Assembly: GCA_900315335.1 (NCBI GenBank)
Contig: OMYR01000018.1
Location: forward strand, 3,516-67,515
DNA length: 64,000 bases
Origin: an uncultured Bacteroidales bacterium
Lineage (GTDB): Bacteria; Bacteroidota; Bacteroidia; Bacteroidales; P3
Direction of reading: 5' to 3'
Part shown: in pieces, positions 46,403 to 56,416 of the stretch
Layout: every line of letters begins with the position of its first letter
How positions within the stretch are numbered: the first letter of the stretch is position 1
Made by a program: the position numbers and the translations under genes
The notes under the pieces: generated by a model
What the model saw: the letters and a program-made list of their open reading frames with translations, nothing else
The model's database searches: none
What the model was told of the DNA's origin: nothing

Positions 46403-46954
46403 TTATTTGATGTCCCTTAAAAATTCTTCCAATTGCGAGCGGGTGGGATTATTTAGAAGTTTGCCGCCTTTGATATTGACTTTCGGGTTGGCGGATTTAA
46501 GGTCTTGAACGGCTTTATCGATAGTGCTGCCGCCCGAAGTGGCGAATAGAATAACGGTTTTGCCGCTTAAATCGTAGGTTTCAAAGAAAGTGTCAATGAT
46601 TTCGGGGTTGCTGTACCACCAGATAGGGAAGCCGACGTAGATAATGTCGTAAGAGGTTACGTTGTCAGCCTTTTTGATTGCAGGGCGTAAGTCGTCGCGA
46701 TGCTCAATTGTGGAGCGGGAGTTTTTGTCCGTCCAATCCAAATCGGCATCGGTGTATGCCTTTTCGGGAGTTATGGGTTGAATGTCGGCGTTAGCCATCG
46801 AAGCCAATTGTTTAGCCACTGCTTCGGTTGTTCCCGTGGCGGAGAAATAAGTTACAAGCGTTTTCATTTGTTTGCCCTCCTTGTTGTGTTTTTGACCGCA
46901 CGCCGTAAAAGCTAAGATAGAAAGTGCGGCGATGATTAATAAAATGCGTTTCAT
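46403..46954 (-). CDS. Flavodoxin with lipoprotein signal peptide
   Basis: 183 aa. Lipobox ILAFTACGQ. FMN-phosphate loop KTLVTYFSATGTTEAVAKQLA. Also GFPIWWYS. Confidence 0.8.
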   Translation of the reverse strand: MKRILLIIAALSILAFTACGQKHNKEGKQMKTLVTYFSATGTTEAVAKQLASMANADIQPITPEKAYTDADLDWTDKNSRSTIEHRDDLRPAIKKADNVTSYDIIYVGFPIWWYSNPEIIDTFFETYDLSGKTVILFATSGGSTIDKAVQDLKSANPKVNIKGGKLLNNPTRSQLEEFLRDIK

Positions 46955-46977
46955 TTGTGTTTTAGTTTTTGAGTTAC

Positions 46978-47019
46978 AAGAAAAAAACGGAAAAAATAAA
47001 TTTATATTGTTTTCCGTTT
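46978..47019 (-). terminator. Rho-independent terminator after the beta-lactamase gene
   Basis: On the minus strand: AAACGGAAAA - loop - TTTTCCGTTT followed by TTTTCTTG. Confidence 0.7.
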
Positions 47020-47040
47020 ATTCATTATGTTAAAAAAACA

Positions 47041-47973
47041 CTAATTTGAAGAACAAATAAATTGATATATCGTCTTTGAAATTTCGGCAATAACTTTCTC
47101 GGCTTCTTCCTGTGTTCCCTTGTAATCTTTTACAAGAATGACAACCGTATATGTTTTGCCATCGGGAAGAGTTATGAACCCACCGTCATTAACAGCGGCA
47201 ATTTCTCCTTTTTCGTTAGTGTAGCCCGAGCCTGTTCTGTGTGCGAAAGTTATGTTTTTATTTTTTGGAAGTCCTGCCGCTATACGGTTCATTCCTGTCT
47301 GACATAGTTGCATTGTGTGTTTGATATAGTCTTGACAAGGTTTGCAAGTCAGACTGTCGGTAAATACTTTATGGACAAGTTTTGCAAAGGACATTGGAGA
47401 AGTTACGTTGGAATACGCAAGCGAATGGTCTTTCGACATATCGGCTTCTTTGTATATGAGTTTGAAACCGCGTTCGGGCAATATGGTAGAGGCTATTATG
47501 CTGTCGGTATTTGCAACATTTACAATGCGGTCAAAAAGAATATTGCTTGCATTGTTGTCGCTATCTACCATAAGATACATAATCAAATCCTTTATGCTTA
47601 TATCAAAACCTTCGTGGCTGTACTGTTTCAACATAGGGCTCCATGTGTTGGTATCTATTTCATTGCTGTTTATGGTTATAACGCTGTCAAGCGAAGTGTT
47701 GCTTTTGCTTAAAACGTTACATACGGCAATGGACTGATGAAGTTTGAACATACTCATCAACGGATAAGTTGCGGTGTTGTTCATTGCAAAAGAGTTGCTG
47801 TCGATGATTATCGCAATGCCGAATTGTCCTTTTTCGTCTGCAATTATCTTTTTTATATTGTTTTCAAGTGGAGCGAAATCCCCTGCATTGTTTGGCGAAC
47901 AGGCAGAAAACAGTTGTATCAAGACAGCAAAAGCAATAACTATGTTTGCTTTCAATCTAAATAATCTATACAT
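47041..47973 (-). CDS. Class A beta-lactamase
   Basis: 310 aa with a signal peptide/lipobox (LFSACS). S-x-x-K in PLMSMFKLHQ. SDN in VDSDNNASN. K/R-T-G in FAHRTGSG. The pattern resembles Bacteroidota class A (CfxA/CepA/CblA-like) enzymes. Confidence 0.8.
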   Translation of the reverse strand: MYRLFRLKANIVIAFAVLIQLFSACSPNNAGDFAPLENNIKKIIADEKGQFGIAIIIDSNSFAMNNTATYPLMSMFKLHQSIAVCNVLSKSNTSLDSVITINSNEIDTNTWSPMLKQYSHEGFDISIKDLIMYLMVDSDNNASNILFDRIVNVANTDSIIASTILPERGFKLIYKEADMSKDHSLAYSNVTSPMSFAKLVHKVFTDSLTCKPCQDYIKHTMQLCQTGMNRIAAGLPKNKNITFAHRTGSGYTNEKGEIAAVNDGGFITLPDGKTYTVVILVKDYKGTQEEAEKVIAEISKTIYQFICSSN

Positions 47974-47984
47974 AGCAAAGAGAT

Positions 47985-49028
47985 TTAGAAGATATATTGT
48001 AAGCCGATTTGATAACCTATGTATAAAGATTGGGAGTTGCCGTTGTCAATCTTGTTCCAAAGATTGTCGGAAGGGAGAATGTTATCAAAGTCGGTGGAAG
48101 AAGAATAGAAGTAGTTAAGGCTTACGCCTGCGAAGATATTGTAATGTTTTGCAAGAGTGAATGACGGAGCAAGAAGATAAGAGAAATTTGCTGCCGAGGA
48201 TTCATCGGAATTGTTACTTATCGAAGTGGCTTTTATTTCGTTGTCGATTCTGAAATAGTTGGTAATAGGGATATGTACGCCGTAACCGCCTTCGGCAACG
48301 AAATTATTGTCTTGGTTTGTCTTGGTGTTAAGACCCAAACCTAAGATACCGTAAGTGTATTTACCGCCCGAACGAAAAGATATAACGGCATTGGACAATA
48401 AATCGTAGGATATTGCGATGCCTTTTTCACCTTTTTTGATGATGTTGATAAGTCCTATCGGGTATTCGCATTGGTCGGCGATATTGATTAAGCCTGCGAA
48501 CTGCACGCCTTTAACATCTTTGGCTATGTTGATAAGTCCGGAAAATTGCAGACCATAGACATTGTTTGCAATATTGGAGAGCCCTGCGAATTGCAAGCCT
48601 TTAACATTTTTGGCAGTATTGACTGCTCCCGATAATTGCAGACCTTTGAAATCTACTTTGACGATATTTGCTAATCCGCCTACTTGTATTCCTTTGAAAG
48701 AGCCGCCTACCGTATTGACACCTCCTGCTATGGCAATTCCTTTACCGTAATTTCCGATATGATTGGAGATTCCTGCCAATTGAAATCCCTTTGCGTTTTG
48801 AGAAATAACGTTGCTTATGGACGCTATTGCGAAGCTTTCCTCATTTTTTGAAACTCCTACCAATAGATTAAGAGAAGCCCCGTTGGTATATTCTTTTGCA
48901 TTTGCTCCGTTAGTCCCCACAGGATATGTGAAAGTAAATTGGAAAGGAGAGAATAATTCTTCTTGTTGAGCATTAGACGTTATGACGGCGATTAAACATA
49001 AAGCCAAGCATACTAAAAGTCTTTTCAT
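47985..49028 (-). CDS. Outer-membrane/surface repeat protein (about 7 tandem 15-16-aa KG-x-Q-x-x-G-x-x-N units plus C-terminal barrel-like region)
   Basis: 347 aa with a signal peptide. Repeats are KGFQLAGISNHIGNYG / KGIAIAGGVNTVGGSF / KGIQVGGLANIVKVDF / KGLQLSGAVNTAKNV / KGLQFAGLSNIANNVY / GLQFSGLINIAKDV / KGVQFAGLINIADQ. C-terminus is ...GYQIGLQYIF. Confidence 0.6.
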   Translation of the reverse strand: MKRLLVCLALCLIAVITSNAQQEELFSPFQFTFTYPVGTNGANAKEYTNGASLNLLVGVSKNEESFAIASISNVISQNAKGFQLAGISNHIGNYGKGIAIAGGVNTVGGSFKGIQVGGLANIVKVDFKGLQLSGAVNTAKNVKGLQFAGLSNIANNVYGLQFSGLINIAKDVKGVQFAGLINIADQCEYPIGLINIIKKGEKGIAISYDLLSNAVISFRSGGKYTYGILGLGLNTKTNQDNNFVAEGGYGVHIPITNYFRIDNEIKATSISNNSDESSAANFSYLLAPSFTLAKHYNIFAGVSLNYFYSSSTDFDNILPSDNLWNKIDNGNSQSLYIGYQIGLQYIF

Positions 49029-49274
49029 AGTTATTGTTTTTAAGTTTCCTAAGTTCCAAAGGAAGGTTAATAAATTCGTATCAAAAGCGTGGAACTTTGT
49101 TGCTGTTGAGACATAACGCTTTTGTCAAAAAACCGCAAGCAAATCCGAAAACATAATAATGAATATTAAGACTATGTTGTCGAAATATGTGGCGGCTTTA
49201 TACGGCTGCAAAATTACAAACTATTTTTTATATGACAAAAAACGGGAATTGGCGAATGTGGTGGCAATGATTAT

Positions 49275-49799
49275 TTAGAGGGTTATTTTGTAAAGCACGT
49301 GTGGATTGAGAATGGAGTCGGCAGCAAGAGTCGGAATGTTAAATTCGCATAATTTGGTCATACCGATTTTCTGCATTACCCGTTCGGAGGGTTTATTAAT
49401 CTTGGCTGTAAAGGAATACAATTCTTTAATTCCTATTTTCCTTGCCAAAGTGATAACGGCTGTGGCGGCTTCGGGAGCGTATCCGCATTTATGGTATTTG
49501 CTTGCAAGCCTCCAACCTATTTCTATACCTGAGACAACATCGGATTTGAAACCGATTTGATGTAGTCCGACATAGCCGATAAACTCTTTGGTCGCTTTTA
49601 ATTCAATTGCGTAAAGACCGTAGCCTTTTTGTTGAAATTCCAAAGATATTCTCTCATAAAACGCTTCTGTTTCTGCGTCCGAAAGCAAAGCAGGAAAGTA
49701 TTTCATTACTTCCTTGTCCTTGTTCATTTGTTTGAATAGTGCAATATCTTCCGTTTTCCACGAACGAATGATAAGTCTTTCGGTTTGTGTGAATATCAT
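49275..49799 (-). CDS. GNAT-family N-acetyltransferase (RimJ/RimL-like)
   Basis: 174 aa. TERLIIRSW N-terminus, FIGYVGL, and a KYHKCGYAPEAA acetyl-CoA-binding-like segment. Confidence 0.7.
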   Translation of the reverse strand: MIFTQTERLIIRSWKTEDIALFKQMNKDKEVMKYFPALLSDAETEAFYERISLEFQQKGYGLYAIELKATKEFIGYVGLHQIGFKSDVVSGIEIGWRLASKYHKCGYAPEAATAVITLARKIGIKELYSFTAKINKPSERVMQKIGMTKLCEFNIPTLAADSILNPHVLYKITL

Positions 49800-49836
49800 A
49801 ATGATGCGGTGTTTAAGAGTTAAGGATATGGCAGGA

Positions 49837-50976
49837 TTAAGAGTCTTTGTTGAGGTTTTTGATTTTAACGTCTTTATAATAAAACTCTATAACCTCCCAA
49901 TACTCATAACCGCTCTCGCACATATTGACAGCACCCTCTTGGCTCATACCTACACCGTGTCCGTAGCCTCTGCCTTTGAGTTTAATGTTGCTACCCCAAA
50001 CAATAACGTCAAAATATGTACTTTTCAAATTGAAATCTTTACGAATTTGCGTCAAAGGAACGCCTAATATGTCGGTTTTTCTGCCTTGTGATTGAGAGAA
50101 AGAAAGCAGCTCGTCTTTGTTTTTCTTTGTGTTGATGCCCTTGCCTTTGAAATAGTTCAGCCATTGCTTTTGTGTTATTTCTTTTTCCCATTTTGCGTTC
50201 GGCATATTCAAGGAAAAAGAATCCACAACGCTGCGTAGGTACGGAATTTTATTACTCCATACATCTTCGCTGTTAGATGTCTGTCCGCCACTGTTGGAGT
50301 GAAAAAGCGTTTCTATGATTTTGTCATTTTCATCTACTATAATCTCGCCGTTTGTACTTGCAGCCCCTTCGATACATTGCGGCTTGTTCGCACGAGAAAG
50401 ATATACTTGACAATTTACGTCATCGCAAAGGTTGTAGCCGTCCTTGGCGTGTTTGTTTATAAACCTATACATATAACTTCTGCAACAAATGGCCTGAACC
50501 TTGAAGAACTCCACATTGTCGCTCGCTCCACCGGCTTCGCTTTGCACAACACCCGCCAAATAATTGTCTTGACTTACATCGTTTATAATTATAAGATTCT
50601 TTTTGGCAACGTCTAACTTTATTATGATATTGTTGTCATATCGTCTTGGTTTGACGTTATCAGGCGTAATTTGGACAAAACATTTCAAATCTTCACTTGA
50701 TATTTTTACGCTGTCGGTCTTTGCAATCGTTTTGTCGTTTAACGAAACTGCAATTTTGCAGTCATTGACCGATATATTGACTTTATTGCTTTTGTTTAGT
50801 TTTATTGAATCGTTCAAAGTGTAAGCACCAAAGGACGGGGTAAGGGTTAATGACGTTATGTTGCAAGTGGAAAAAACTCTTACCCTTACGTTTTGTGCCA
50901 TTGTCTTGGTGGTGCAGGCTGCAAATAAAGTTATAGTAAGAATATTTATGCTTAATAAATAAAGTATCTTTTTCAT
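49837..50976 (-). CDS. SpoIID/LytB-domain protein
   Basis: 379 aa with a signal peptide. YLAGVVQSEAG, LFHSNSGGQTSNSEDVW, and GYGHGVGMSQEGA. Confidence 0.8.
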   Translation of the reverse strand: MKKILYLLSINILTITLFAACTTKTMAQNVRVRVFSTCNITSLTLTPSFGAYTLNDSIKLNKSNKVNISVNDCKIAVSLNDKTIAKTDSVKISSEDLKCFVQITPDNVKPRRYDNNIIIKLDVAKKNLIIINDVSQDNYLAGVVQSEAGGASDNVEFFKVQAICCRSYMYRFINKHAKDGYNLCDDVNCQVYLSRANKPQCIEGAASTNGEIIVDENDKIIETLFHSNSGGQTSNSEDVWSNKIPYLRSVVDSFSLNMPNAKWEKEITQKQWLNYFKGKGINTKKNKDELLSFSQSQGRKTDILGVPLTQIRKDFNLKSTYFDVIVWGSNIKLKGRGYGHGVGMSQEGAVNMCESGYEYWEVIEFYYKDVKIKNLNKDS

Positions 50977-51055
50977 TTTTGTTGTTATTTCTTTTGTTGT
51001 CGGTTTAATATTGTTGTTTATGGTGATTGTTTGTTAAGTTATCGTTTGCGTTATA

Positions 51056-52270
51056 TCATTGTTTCTTGCGGAAAAGACAAGCATCGCCGTAAGAAAGAAA
51101 TCTGTAATTATTTTCCATTGCGTGCAGATAAACTTTTTTCCAATCCTCGCCAATCATTGCACTGACAAGCAAGAGCAAAGTACTCTTAGGCTGATGAAAA
51201 TTAGTTACCATACCTTTGACAATCTTGTATTCATATTGCGGTGTTATGATTAACTGTGTTTGACCATACACGCTCTGCATATTGTTATTGTTAAGCATAT
51301 CAAGGATAGCCGTCAGGGATTCTTTTGTTGTGATGTGCTTATGATTTTCGTATGGATACCATTGTTTGATGTCGATTTCGCTATACGTTTTGCCGTTTTC
51401 AATTAAATCGACACCGAACCAATAAAGCGATTCTATCGTACGAACGGACGTTGTACCCACACAGATAATCTCTTTGTCGATATAATTCAAAAGATTTTCG
51501 ATTACATGCTTTGCAATAGTGATTTTCTCGGTGTGCATTATGTGGCCGCCGATTGTTTCTGTGGTAACGGGTTTGAAAGTTCCCGCACCGACATGAAGAG
51601 TAATGAAATCGGTTTTGATGTTCCTTAATTTCAAATCTTCAAAAGTCTTGTCCGTGAAGTGCAATCCCGCCGTTGGAGCGGCAACAGAGCCGTTGAAATG
51701 TGCATAAACGGTTTGGTAGTCTTGTTTGTCTTGTTCTTCGGATTGTCTGTTAAGATAAGGAGGCAGTGGTATGACACCGAAATGTTGCATAATCTCGGCA
51801 AAAGAAAAGTCTTTGTCCCAAGAAAATTCAACAGCCCAACTCTCGTTTTCGTTGTACAATCTTTTGGCATTAAGTGTTACAGCCTTCCCATTGATTGTTT
51901 TGGTTTGAGACAATATGCCGTCTTTCCATTTTTTGTTGTTACCAATCAAACATTTCCAGGTGGTTGTCCCGGTTTGATAGAATGCAAGTTGAAAATCGTT
52001 AGGTGTTATCGGCTCCAAGCAAAATATTTCTATCGTGCTGCCTGTTGGTTTCTTGAAAAACAAGCGTGCATAAACGACTTTCGTATCATTGAAAATCAAA
52101 AGAGTGTTACTATCTAAAATATACGGCAGTTGCTTGAATATCTTGTCTTCTATTGTCGTTCCGTTGAAGCATAATAACTTTGCCTCATCACGTTTTTGCA
52201 GGGCAAATTTTGCAATCTTTTCTTCTTTCAACGGATAATTAAAGTCCTTTATCTGAATATCTTTTACCAC
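51056..52270 (-). CDS. queA: S-adenosylmethionine:tRNA ribosyltransferase-isomerase
   Basis: 404 aa. IPLPPYLNR, YQTVYA, VAAPTAGLHFT, ITLHVGAGTFKPV, GTTSVRTIES, VTNFHQPKSTLLLLVSA and YRFLSYGDA all align with E. coli QueA as I recall it. Confidence 0.9.
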   Translation of the reverse strand: MVKDIQIKDFNYPLKEEKIAKFALQKRDEAKLLCFNGTTIEDKIFKQLPYILDSNTLLIFNDTKVVYARLFFKKPTGSTIEIFCLEPITPNDFQLAFYQTGTTTWKCLIGNNKKWKDGILSQTKTINGKAVTLNAKRLYNENESWAVEFSWDKDFSFAEIMQHFGVIPLPPYLNRQSEEQDKQDYQTVYAHFNGSVAAPTAGLHFTDKTFEDLKLRNIKTDFITLHVGAGTFKPVTTETIGGHIMHTEKITIAKHVIENLLNYIDKEIICVGTTSVRTIESLYWFGVDLIENGKTYSEIDIKQWYPYENHKHITTKESLTAILDMLNNNNMQSVYGQTQLIITPQYEYKIVKGMVTNFHQPKSTLLLLVSAMIGEDWKKVYLHAMENNYRFLSYGDACLFRKKQ

Positions 52271-52390
52271 TTCTGTACTTTTTGATATTGCAAACCATAT
52301 TTTTGGGGTTTGCGTGTGATTATCAAACTGCTTTAATGAATTTTTTGCAAAGGTAACTCATTTTAATAATTTACAAGGTTTATCAAACCA

Positions 52391-52497
52391 AAAAATAATT
52401 TCAATAACCAATAAAATAATCTCAATGATTAGTAAATTAGTTTCATTAATCATTTTGCTGATGTTTAACACTAATTTTGCAATAACACTTATTAATT
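52391..52497. repeat. 21-bp-phased repeat array, locus K (divergent queA/ackA intergenic region)
   Basis: Units AAAATAATCTCAATGATTAGT / AAATTAGTTTCATTAATCATT / TTGCTGATGTTTAACACTAAT / TTTGCAATAACACTTATTAAT. Confidence 0.75.
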
Positions 52498-52577
52498 TTC
52501 TGTAAGTGTATTTGTGATTTTCGGCGAGTATCGAAAACTCTGTTTTGCGGTAAAAGAGAGAAAAATAAAATAAAGGC

Positions 52578-52608
52578 TTTGTCGTTTTGAAAAATAGTTG
52601 TAATTTTG
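52578..52608 (+). promoter_or_regulatory. Bacteroides-type promoter (TTTG / TAATTTTG) for ackA
   Basis: TTTG at 52578-52581 and TAATTTTG at 52601-52608 with a 19-nt spacer. About 100-nt leader to ATG 52712. Confidence 0.5.
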
Positions 52609-52711
52609 AAAATCGTTTCCAAAAAAGGGATAATGATGATAATTTTTGCTTTTAAGGAAAACGAAAAATTGGTACAAGTAAGACAAAGAAGGTAAAAATA
52701 AAAAGAATATT

Positions 52712-53917
52712 ATGAAGATATTAGTTTTGAATTGCGGAAGTTCTTCAATCAAGTATCAGTTGATTGATATTATTAACGACAATGAGTCGAAACTTTTGGC
52801 AAAGGGTCTTTGCGAGAGAGTGGGTTTGGAAATGGGTGAATTTACACACAAACCACAAGGCAAGGACAAATATTACGAGAAAGTCCCTATTCCAACTCAT
52901 AAGGACGGTATCAATATGATATTAAAAGCCTTGACAGATGAGAAGATGGGCGTTGTATCATCTCTTAGTGAGATAGAGGCTTGCGGACATAGGGTTGCTC
53001 ATGGTGGAGAAGTATTCACAAAGAGCGTTCTTGTAGATGATAAGGTAAAACAACATATAAGGAATTTGATTTCTTTGGCACCTTTGCACGCTCCTGCGAA
53101 TTTGGCAGGTATAGAAGCAATGGAGCATTTGCTTCCTAATGCACCTCAGGTTGCAGTGTTTGATACCGCTTTTCACCATACTATGCCTGCTAAGGCGTAT
53201 TTGTATGGTATTCCTATCAAATATTACGAAAAAGACAGAATACGTCGTTACGGTTTTCACGGAACATCTCACAGATATGTTGCACCTAAGGCTGCGGCAA
53301 TGGTTGGAATGGATATAAACAATTCTAAAATCATTTCTTGCCACTTAGGTAGCGGTGCTTCGGTAGCAGCCATTGTCAATGGAAAGAGTATAGATACTTC
53401 TATGGGATTTACCACGGTTGAAGGATTGATGATGGGTAGCCGTTGCGGAGATATTGATGTTGGAGCAGTGTTGTATATTGGCGAAAAAGAAGGTTGGGGT
53501 TATAAGGAATTAAACAAATTCATTACCAAAGATTGCGGTCTTAATGGTTTGACGGAAGGTGTAACCGATATGCGAGATATTATGGCAGGAAAACGAGAGG
53601 GTAATCAACGTTTGAGCGATGCTTTTGATGTTTTCGCTTATAGAGTTAAGAAATATATAGGTGCTTATGCGGCTGCAATGGGTGGAGTCGATATTATCCT
53701 ATTTACGGGAGGTATCGGAGAGAATGCTTGGTGGCAAAGAGAGGCAATATCTACCGGCTTGGAGTTTTTGGGTGCAAAAATTGACAAACAAATCAACGAG
53801 CAGACGGCAGGTAAAGACGGTATAATTTCAACGCCTGACAGCAAAGTCAAATTATTGTCTGTAACAACGGACGAGGAATATGTAATTGCGAAAGATACTT
53901 ACCTTTTGGCTAAATAA
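52712..53917 (+). CDS. ackA: Acetate kinase
   Basis: 401 aa. MKILVLNCGSSSIKYQL, RVAHGG, FDTAFHHTMP, YGFHGTSH and FTGGIGEN. Confidence 0.94.
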   Translation: MKILVLNCGSSSIKYQLIDIINDNESKLLAKGLCERVGLEMGEFTHKPQGKDKYYEKVPIPTHKDGINMILKALTDEKMGVVSSLSEIEACGHRVAHGGEVFTKSVLVDDKVKQHIRNLISLAPLHAPANLAGIEAMEHLLPNAPQVAVFDTAFHHTMPAKAYLYGIPIKYYEKDRIRRYGFHGTSHRYVAPKAAAMVGMDINNSKIISCHLGSGASVAAIVNGKSIDTSMGFTTVEGLMMGSRCGDIDVGAVLYIGEKEGWGYKELNKFITKDCGLNGLTEGVTDMRDIMAGKREGNQRLSDAFDVFAYRVKKYIGAYAAAMGGVDIILFTGGIGENAWWQREAISTGLEFLGAKIDKQINEQTAGKDGIISTPDSKVKLLSVTTDEEYVIAKDTYLLAK

Positions 53918-54483
53918 TGAAGTTATTAGGTAAGATAATATTAAAACTCGGCGGTTTTCGTCTCCAATCGGATTTTTCACAGGAGATGAAAAACGCCGTT
54001 ATCATAGAAGCCCCTCATACAAGTATGTGGGATTTTGTGTGGGGGAGAGCAGGATTATGGGCGTTGGGGGTGAAATCTCATTTCCTTATCAAGAAGGAGA
54101 TGTTCTTCTTTCCTTTGGGAGGAATCCTCAAATGCTTGGGTGCAGTGCCTGTCAATAGAGGGCATGACGGCAAAGGATTTTTCGATGACATTATCCATGA
54201 ATTGAAAACCAACAAGGATTTTTCGTTGGTACTTACACCCGAAGGCACACGTAAGAAAACCAATAATTGGAAGAAAGGTTTTTATTATATTGCACAAGCA
54301 AGTGAAAAACCAATCTTCTTGGCATGGATTGATTATGAAAAGAAAACTTGCGGAATGGACAAATCAAGCAAAATAATCCCGACCGGTGATTACGCAAAAG
54401 ATTTCAAACAAATTGAAGAATTTTATAAAACCGTTAGAGCAAAGTACCCGTTACAATTCAATTTGAGTAAAGAAAATTTATAA
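53917..54483 (+). CDS. 1-acyl-sn-glycerol-3-phosphate acyltransferase-like protein
   Basis: 188 aa. HX4D motif APHTSMWDF. Also LTPEGTRKK. Start overlaps the ackA stop (TAATG). Confidence 0.75.
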   Translation: MKLLGKIILKLGGFRLQSDFSQEMKNAVIIEAPHTSMWDFVWGRAGLWALGVKSHFLIKKEMFFFPLGGILKCLGAVPVNRGHDGKGFFDDIIHELKTNKDFSLVLTPEGTRKKTNNWKKGFYYIAQASEKPIFLAWIDYEKKTCGMDKSSKIIPTGDYAKDFKQIEEFYKTVRAKYPLQFNLSKENL

Positions 54484-54522
54484 ATTTTATTAATCTTGTT
54501 GTTAGTCTTGCTCAAAATATTA

Positions 54523-54530
54523 TAATTTTG
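54523..54530 (+). promoter_or_regulatory. Bacteroides-type -7 box (TAATTTTG) upstream of aspS
   Basis: Exact TAnnTTTG match, 51 nt before ATG 54581. Confidence 0.45.
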
Positions 54531-54580
54531 CATTGTCATTTACATATTGTGAATGAGTAATTATCTTTATATATACGAAT

Positions 54581-56335
54581 ATGCTTAGAACAAAAACTTG
54601 CGGAGAATTAAGAATAGAAGATTGCGGTCAAAAGGTTGTACTATGTGGTTGGTTGCAAAAATCACGTGATTTGGGAAGTATGACTTTTATTGATTTAAGA
54701 GACCGTTACGGAATAACGCAATTGGTTTGCAATATCGATACAAACAAAGAGCTTTACACTCAAACGAAGAGCCTTAACAGAGAATATGTCCTTCAAGTTA
54801 CAGGCACGGTAAGAGAGAGAAGTAATAAAAACAAAAACATACCTACCGGTGATATTGAGATAGAAGTAGAAAAGATAAACATCTTGAATACCGCCAAATT
54901 ACCGCCTTTTACGATAGAAGACAATACTGACGGTGGCGATGAATTAAGAATGAAGTATCGTTATTTGGATTTACGTCGTCCTGTTGTCAGGAAGAATTTG
55001 GAATTAAGACATAGATTGGCACGTTTGATAAGAAATTATCTTTCTGACGAAAGTTTTCTTGAAATAGAGACGCCTTTCTTGATTCGTTCCACCCCGGAAG
55101 GAGCAAGAGATTTCGTTGTTCCGTCAAGAATGAACCCTAATCAGTTTTATGCTTTGCCACAAAGTCCGCAGCAATATAAACAACTGCTTATGGTTGCAGG
55201 CTTTGACAGGTATTTTCAGATAGTTAAATGTTTTAGAGACGAAGATTTGCGTGCAGACCGTCAGCCTGAATTTACACAGATAGACTGTGAGATGTCTTTT
55301 GTTGAGCAGGAAGATGTCCTTGTAATGTTTGAAGGTTTGATAAAACATTTGTTTGAACAAGAAAAAGGCTTGAAATTTGACAAATTCCCGAGAATGACTT
55401 GGCAAGATGCGATGAAATATTACGGAAGTGATAAACCTGATTTGCGTTTTGATATGAAATTTGTTGAACTTAACGATGTGGCACAAGGTAAAGGCTTTTC
55501 TGTTTTCGATGATGCTGAATTGGTTGTAGGTATTTGTGCCAAAGGTTGCGCATCTTACACAAGAAAACAATTGGACGCTTTGACGGATTTCGTTAAACGT
55601 CCGCAAGTCGGTGCAAAAGGTCTTGTTTATATCAAATACAATGAGGACGGAACTTTCAAATCATCAATCGATAAATTCTATTCGCAAGAGGATTTGCAGC
55701 GATTTGCAACAAAATTCGGTGCAGAAAAAGGCGATTTGATGCTTGTAATGTCGGGTAAAACTATGCAGGTTCGCACTCAACTTTGTGCATTACGTTTGGA
55801 AATGGGTTCTCAACTTAATCTTAGAAATCCATTCAACTACGCTATAACTTGGATAACCGATTTTCCATTGTTGGAATGGAGTGAAGAGGATAAGCGTTTC
55901 TATGCTATGCACCACCCATTCACATCTCCAAACCCGGAGGATTATCCTGAGTTGTTGGATAAAGATCCGGGCAAAGTACGTGCTTGGGCATACGACTTGG
56001 TTATTAATGGAACGGAAGTCGGTGGCGGCAGCGTGAGAATACATGACAGAAATATGCAGATGCGTATGTTTGAGGCGTTGGGCTTTACTCCTGAGTCGGC
56101 AATGGCTCAGTTCGGATTCTTTATGAATGCTTTTGAATACGGAGCGCCACCTCACGCAGGTATAGCCTTTGGTTTTGACCGTTTGTGTTCAATATTTGCG
56201 GGCGTTGAGAGTATTCGAGATTTCATAGCCTTTCCTAAGAACAACAGCGGTAGAGACCTTATGAGTGATTCGCCAAATGTTATCGACCAAAAACAATTGG
56301 ACGAATTGTACTTATCATTGGTTAAACCCGAATAA
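54581..56335 (+). CDS. aspS: Aspartate--tRNA ligase
   Basis: 584 aa. OB-fold N-terminus ([22 protein letters not shown]). Class II motifs [42 protein letters not shown] and GIAFGFDRL. Confidence 0.95.
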   Translation: MLRTKTCGELRIEDCGQKVVLCGWLQKSRDLGSMTFIDLRDRYGITQLVCNIDTNKELYTQTKSLNREYVLQVTGTVRERSNKNKNIPTGDIEIEVEKINILNTAKLPPFTIEDNTDGGDELRMKYRYLDLRRPVVRKNLELRHRLARLIRNYLSDESFLEIETPFLIRSTPEGARDFVVPSRMNPNQFYALPQSPQQYKQLLMVAGFDRYFQIVKCFRDEDLRADRQPEFTQIDCEMSFVEQEDVLVMFEGLIKHLFEQEKGLKFDKFPRMTWQDAMKYYGSDKPDLRFDMKFVELNDVAQGKGFSVFDDAELVVGICAKGCASYTRKQLDALTDFVKRPQVGAKGLVYIKYNEDGTFKSSIDKFYSQEDLQRFATKFGAEKGDLMLVMSGKTMQVRTQLCALRLEMGSQLNLRNPFNYAITWITDFPLLEWSEEDKRFYAMHHPFTSPNPEDYPELLDKDPGKVRAWAYDLVINGTEVGGGSVRIHDRNMQMRMFEALGFTPESAMAQFGFFMNAFEYGAPPHAGIAFGFDRLCSIFAGVESIRDFIAFPKNNSGRDLMSDSPNVIDQKQLDELYLSLVKPE

Positions 56336-56380
56336 TGATTGGTTAAATTAAATAGTGATTAGTTAAATCACATAATGCTT
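56316..56380. repeat. Repeat-family-like array, locus L (overlaps the aspS stop codon)
   Basis: CATTGGTTAAACCC / GATTGGTTAAATTA / GATTAGTTAAATCA, with units starting at about 56316, 56337 and 56357 (21 and 20 nt apart). A weaker member of the family. Confidence 0.45.
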
Positions 56381-56416
56381 AATGGGGATTGCCGCGACTT
56401 TGCGGCAATCCCCATT
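56381..56416 (+). terminator. Hairpin terminator after aspS
   Basis: Perfect 15-bp stem AATGGGGATTGCCGC - GACTTT - GCGGCAATCCCCATT followed by TGTTTAT. Confidence 0.7.

Noticed and set aside
52492-52752. 86-aa minus-strand ORF in the queA/ackA divergent region
   Set aside because: It overlaps the ackA promoter, leader and start codon. The product is Phe/Leu-rich low complexity with no support.
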